A DNA stretch of 64,000 nt from contig JBEWZL010000080.1 of the NCBI GenBank assembly GCA_045837725.1, positions 1 to 64,000 of the forward strand, given 5' to 3'. The DNA comes from Vermamoeba vermiformis (lineage: Eukaryota). The translations under genes and the position numbers were made by a program. Below, in pieces: positions 61,454 through 64,000 of the stretch (position 1 is its first letter; each line of letters opens with the position of its first letter). The notes beneath the pieces are model-generated. The model saw only the letters and a list, made by a program, of their open reading frames with translations, searched no databases and was not told the origin of the DNA.

Positions 61454-64000
61454 TTAATAAATTGCCAATAGGAGAGCTAAGATAAGACACCAAACAGCTT
61501 GCACAACACTGGCAGGTGAGGTCTTTTGAGTTATTGGTGTACTCGGCACTGTCATTGGTGTTGCTACTGGTTCAGGTGGAATTTCACCTTGAACAGCAGA
61601 TGATTGGCTCTTGCCAGAGAGACCAACATCAATATTTGCTGGTGCTCCTTCTTGCTGTTGAATTTGCTGCTGGAATGTGTATTGTTGTGATTGCGTGAAG
61701 TCTTGGACTACTTCCGCTGGTGTAGGTTCTTTATTGTTTGGATCTGTACTTCGATTAGATGCCGCATTAATAATGTTTCCATAAGTACTCACCGGGAGCG
61801 ATCTCGAGTTCAGTTTCTAATGTGCTCTGTTGTTGCTCGATGGATCGTTTCTGCGTGACCAATGTGACACGACTGCCGCTGATGCCAGTCACGTTGACGA
61901 ATGTATCTCGTACAATGAGATTGAAGCCAGCAGGGAATGGACTGTCTCCCGTCAAGGTGATCACAATGTTGATCGCTACAAAATGCTCCGTCATCATCAT
62001 CAATTTCATGATGTACATGTTGTCAGCAGGACTTACACTCGGGACAGTAGAGATCAGGGGTGATTGTGAATGTTAGCACGTAGTCTTCAAGCACCCAAGT
62101 GTACGAGTCACTTGCATTCAGCAGTACTTGCGAAGAGAATGGGAAGTTCGGACCAAGACCCACTGAGAAGACTTCAACTGGTGCCACGTTCTAGGTCACA
62201 ACCATAAGATTAGAACTGCATTGACTACATCGATCACTTACGATTGGTGAAAGGTTATTTCTGTCATCGACTTGTGGAATGGAGAAGGAAAGAGAGCCAG
62301 TATTGTTGTAAGTGAATTATCCTATTCTCGTGTTGCGATCAACGCACTCGAGAATCGGAACAACGTTTTGGATGGGCATTGGCGCCAAAGTATAAAGCAC
62401 GTGGTTTATGCTAACGTGCACCCTGCAATTGTCACCAAGCACGACACTTCCCTAATTAAGATTATCGACCGTTAATACCAATGTGGTACTATTAGTCTCA
62501 AGTACTATTAACTTACATAAGTCGAGTCGAATCCGCCATCGGGAAGGCGAGCGCGAACGTTGACGTTGAACGAGTTCCAATCCAGTCCCGTAATCTCAAA
62601 GTACCGCGTTCTTGTTGACGTTCCCAATGACAGCACCGTTTGATCAACTATATATGATATTATTAGCAGATGCTATGAAGGTAACATGGAGTTTGAGGTG
62701 TACGTACCGTTAGAAAAAGTTAACATGCGGTTTTCAGGACTGAAGTTGTTTGTAGGGATCAATTGGCCAGAGACTAACTCCACGAAATATGCCTAATTGG
62801 CGAAACATTAAGCAAAAACGATTATGATACCATCGCTTCTCTTACCTGATTGTTGAGGTAGACATGAGTTAACGCTTTACCGTTGTGATAGATCAACGAT
62901 TTGTCGTTAAGATAGAAAGTCTGGCCGTTCAAATCGGTATACGTTTTGTTCAACGTAATGGCTCCAGTGGCCTGCTCCCAAGTTAGTTTTCACTGAAATT
63001 TCACGAGACCGTTTGGCGGATCCCATGACTTGCTTAAACTACTTACGGCGTCAAGTTTGAGCAATCCACCAACACCATTGACTGACGATTGATGCATCAA
63101 GATGACTTCATCGTCGACAATTTGGTGGTTAAAGATATTAACATTCAAAGTGTTGAAGTACGTTGGAGACGCCACGATAGAAGAGCCACCGAGTTCGGTA
63201 GGTCCCGCAACGATAATCGGAAATTCCGTGGAGCTGGTGGTTGATTTGTACACCAACACTTCGGGCTTGATGGTCGTGCCGGTGAAGTCTCCGTTGATGT
63301 TTGGCTGCTGGTCGTCAGGAACAGAAGTTGAATCTTGGAAGTACAGCAGGGGGTCCGTTCTCGCGAGGTTGGTCTCAGGTCTGACTTTGACCAGCCAATC
63401 ATTTTTGTAGGGTACCATGGGTACCACACCAAAGCTGAACGGATCGCTGTAACTTGTAGTTTGGGCCAGGGTGATGGTGTTGATGACATTTGTTGAAGAT
63501 GTTCCAGAAAAATAGAACTTGTTCTCTTCAAGCATTGTTAGCAGAGGCTGTTCTTCGGGGACGAAACTAACAAAAAGTGCGATCAGATGCGATCCTAATT
63601 TTTGGCTAGGTACGTACTACAACAATGGATCATATGTGCCATCCGATGTATTAACTTTGAATATTTTAGGGCCTGAATCATAGATCAGAACGTAACCGAC
63701 CCCCTATTTTTAAGAAAGGTAAGATGCGGATTAGACTTAATTTTCATACCTTGCTATCCTGAATAAGGTCGTATGAGCTCTGCTGGACCTGCATAGAGCT
63801 ATTCGGGTCTGAAGGGAAGCGCCAAATTACGTTTAAGACCGTTGTCTTGCCATTTGAAACCGCAGAGCAACGAACCTGAAGGCAAATTAATTTATTTTCT
63901 CGGCCATTAAAAAAAATAAATTTAAAGGTTGCGATTGCTCAAATGACAATGGGGAGCAGAATACTTTTAAGATCTTCGAAAATTACAATAAAAAAATATG
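61454..64000 (-). CDS. GPI-type surface protein family, paralog 5 (inverted; 5' end outside the window)
   Basis: CSAVSNGKTTVLNVIWR; APMPIQNVVPILEC; TGDSPFPAGFN..VTGISGSRVT..KR..LETELEIAP; hydrophobic end. Confidence 0.85.

Overview
Gene-dense, AT-rich, intron-rich eukaryotic DNA (standard genetic code, mostly short GT-AG introns; protist-like, taxon not determinable from this window). About 20 host genes can be spliced by eye. They include an ANKRD40-like protein, a nucleoside hydrolase, C2 and Kelch proteins, a 4CL-like acyl-CoA ligase, an NBR1/p62-like receptor, an F-box protein, LST8, a ubiquitin-domain protein, nicalin and a probably mitochondrial UvrD helicase with a PD-(D/E)XK-like tail. 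Five paralogous predicted GPI-anchored surface protein genes and one related gene occupy much of the window. The main structure is a three-level nest. An intact-looking Ty3/Gypsy LTR retrotransposon (40218-46195, apparently identical 172-bp LTRs, 4-bp TSD, predicted -1 frameshift pseudoknot) sits at the candidate catalytic-Glu motif of a DNA transposon. That transposon (39608-50008, ~73-bp TIRs, 8-bp TSD) carries two head-to-head multi-exon genes: a DxxH-type DDE transposase and an accessory protein with a BAH/Tudor-like barrel and a winged-HTH motif. It in turn interrupts an exon of one surface-protein paralog. All exon models and family calls come from manual reading and motif recall; no searches were run.
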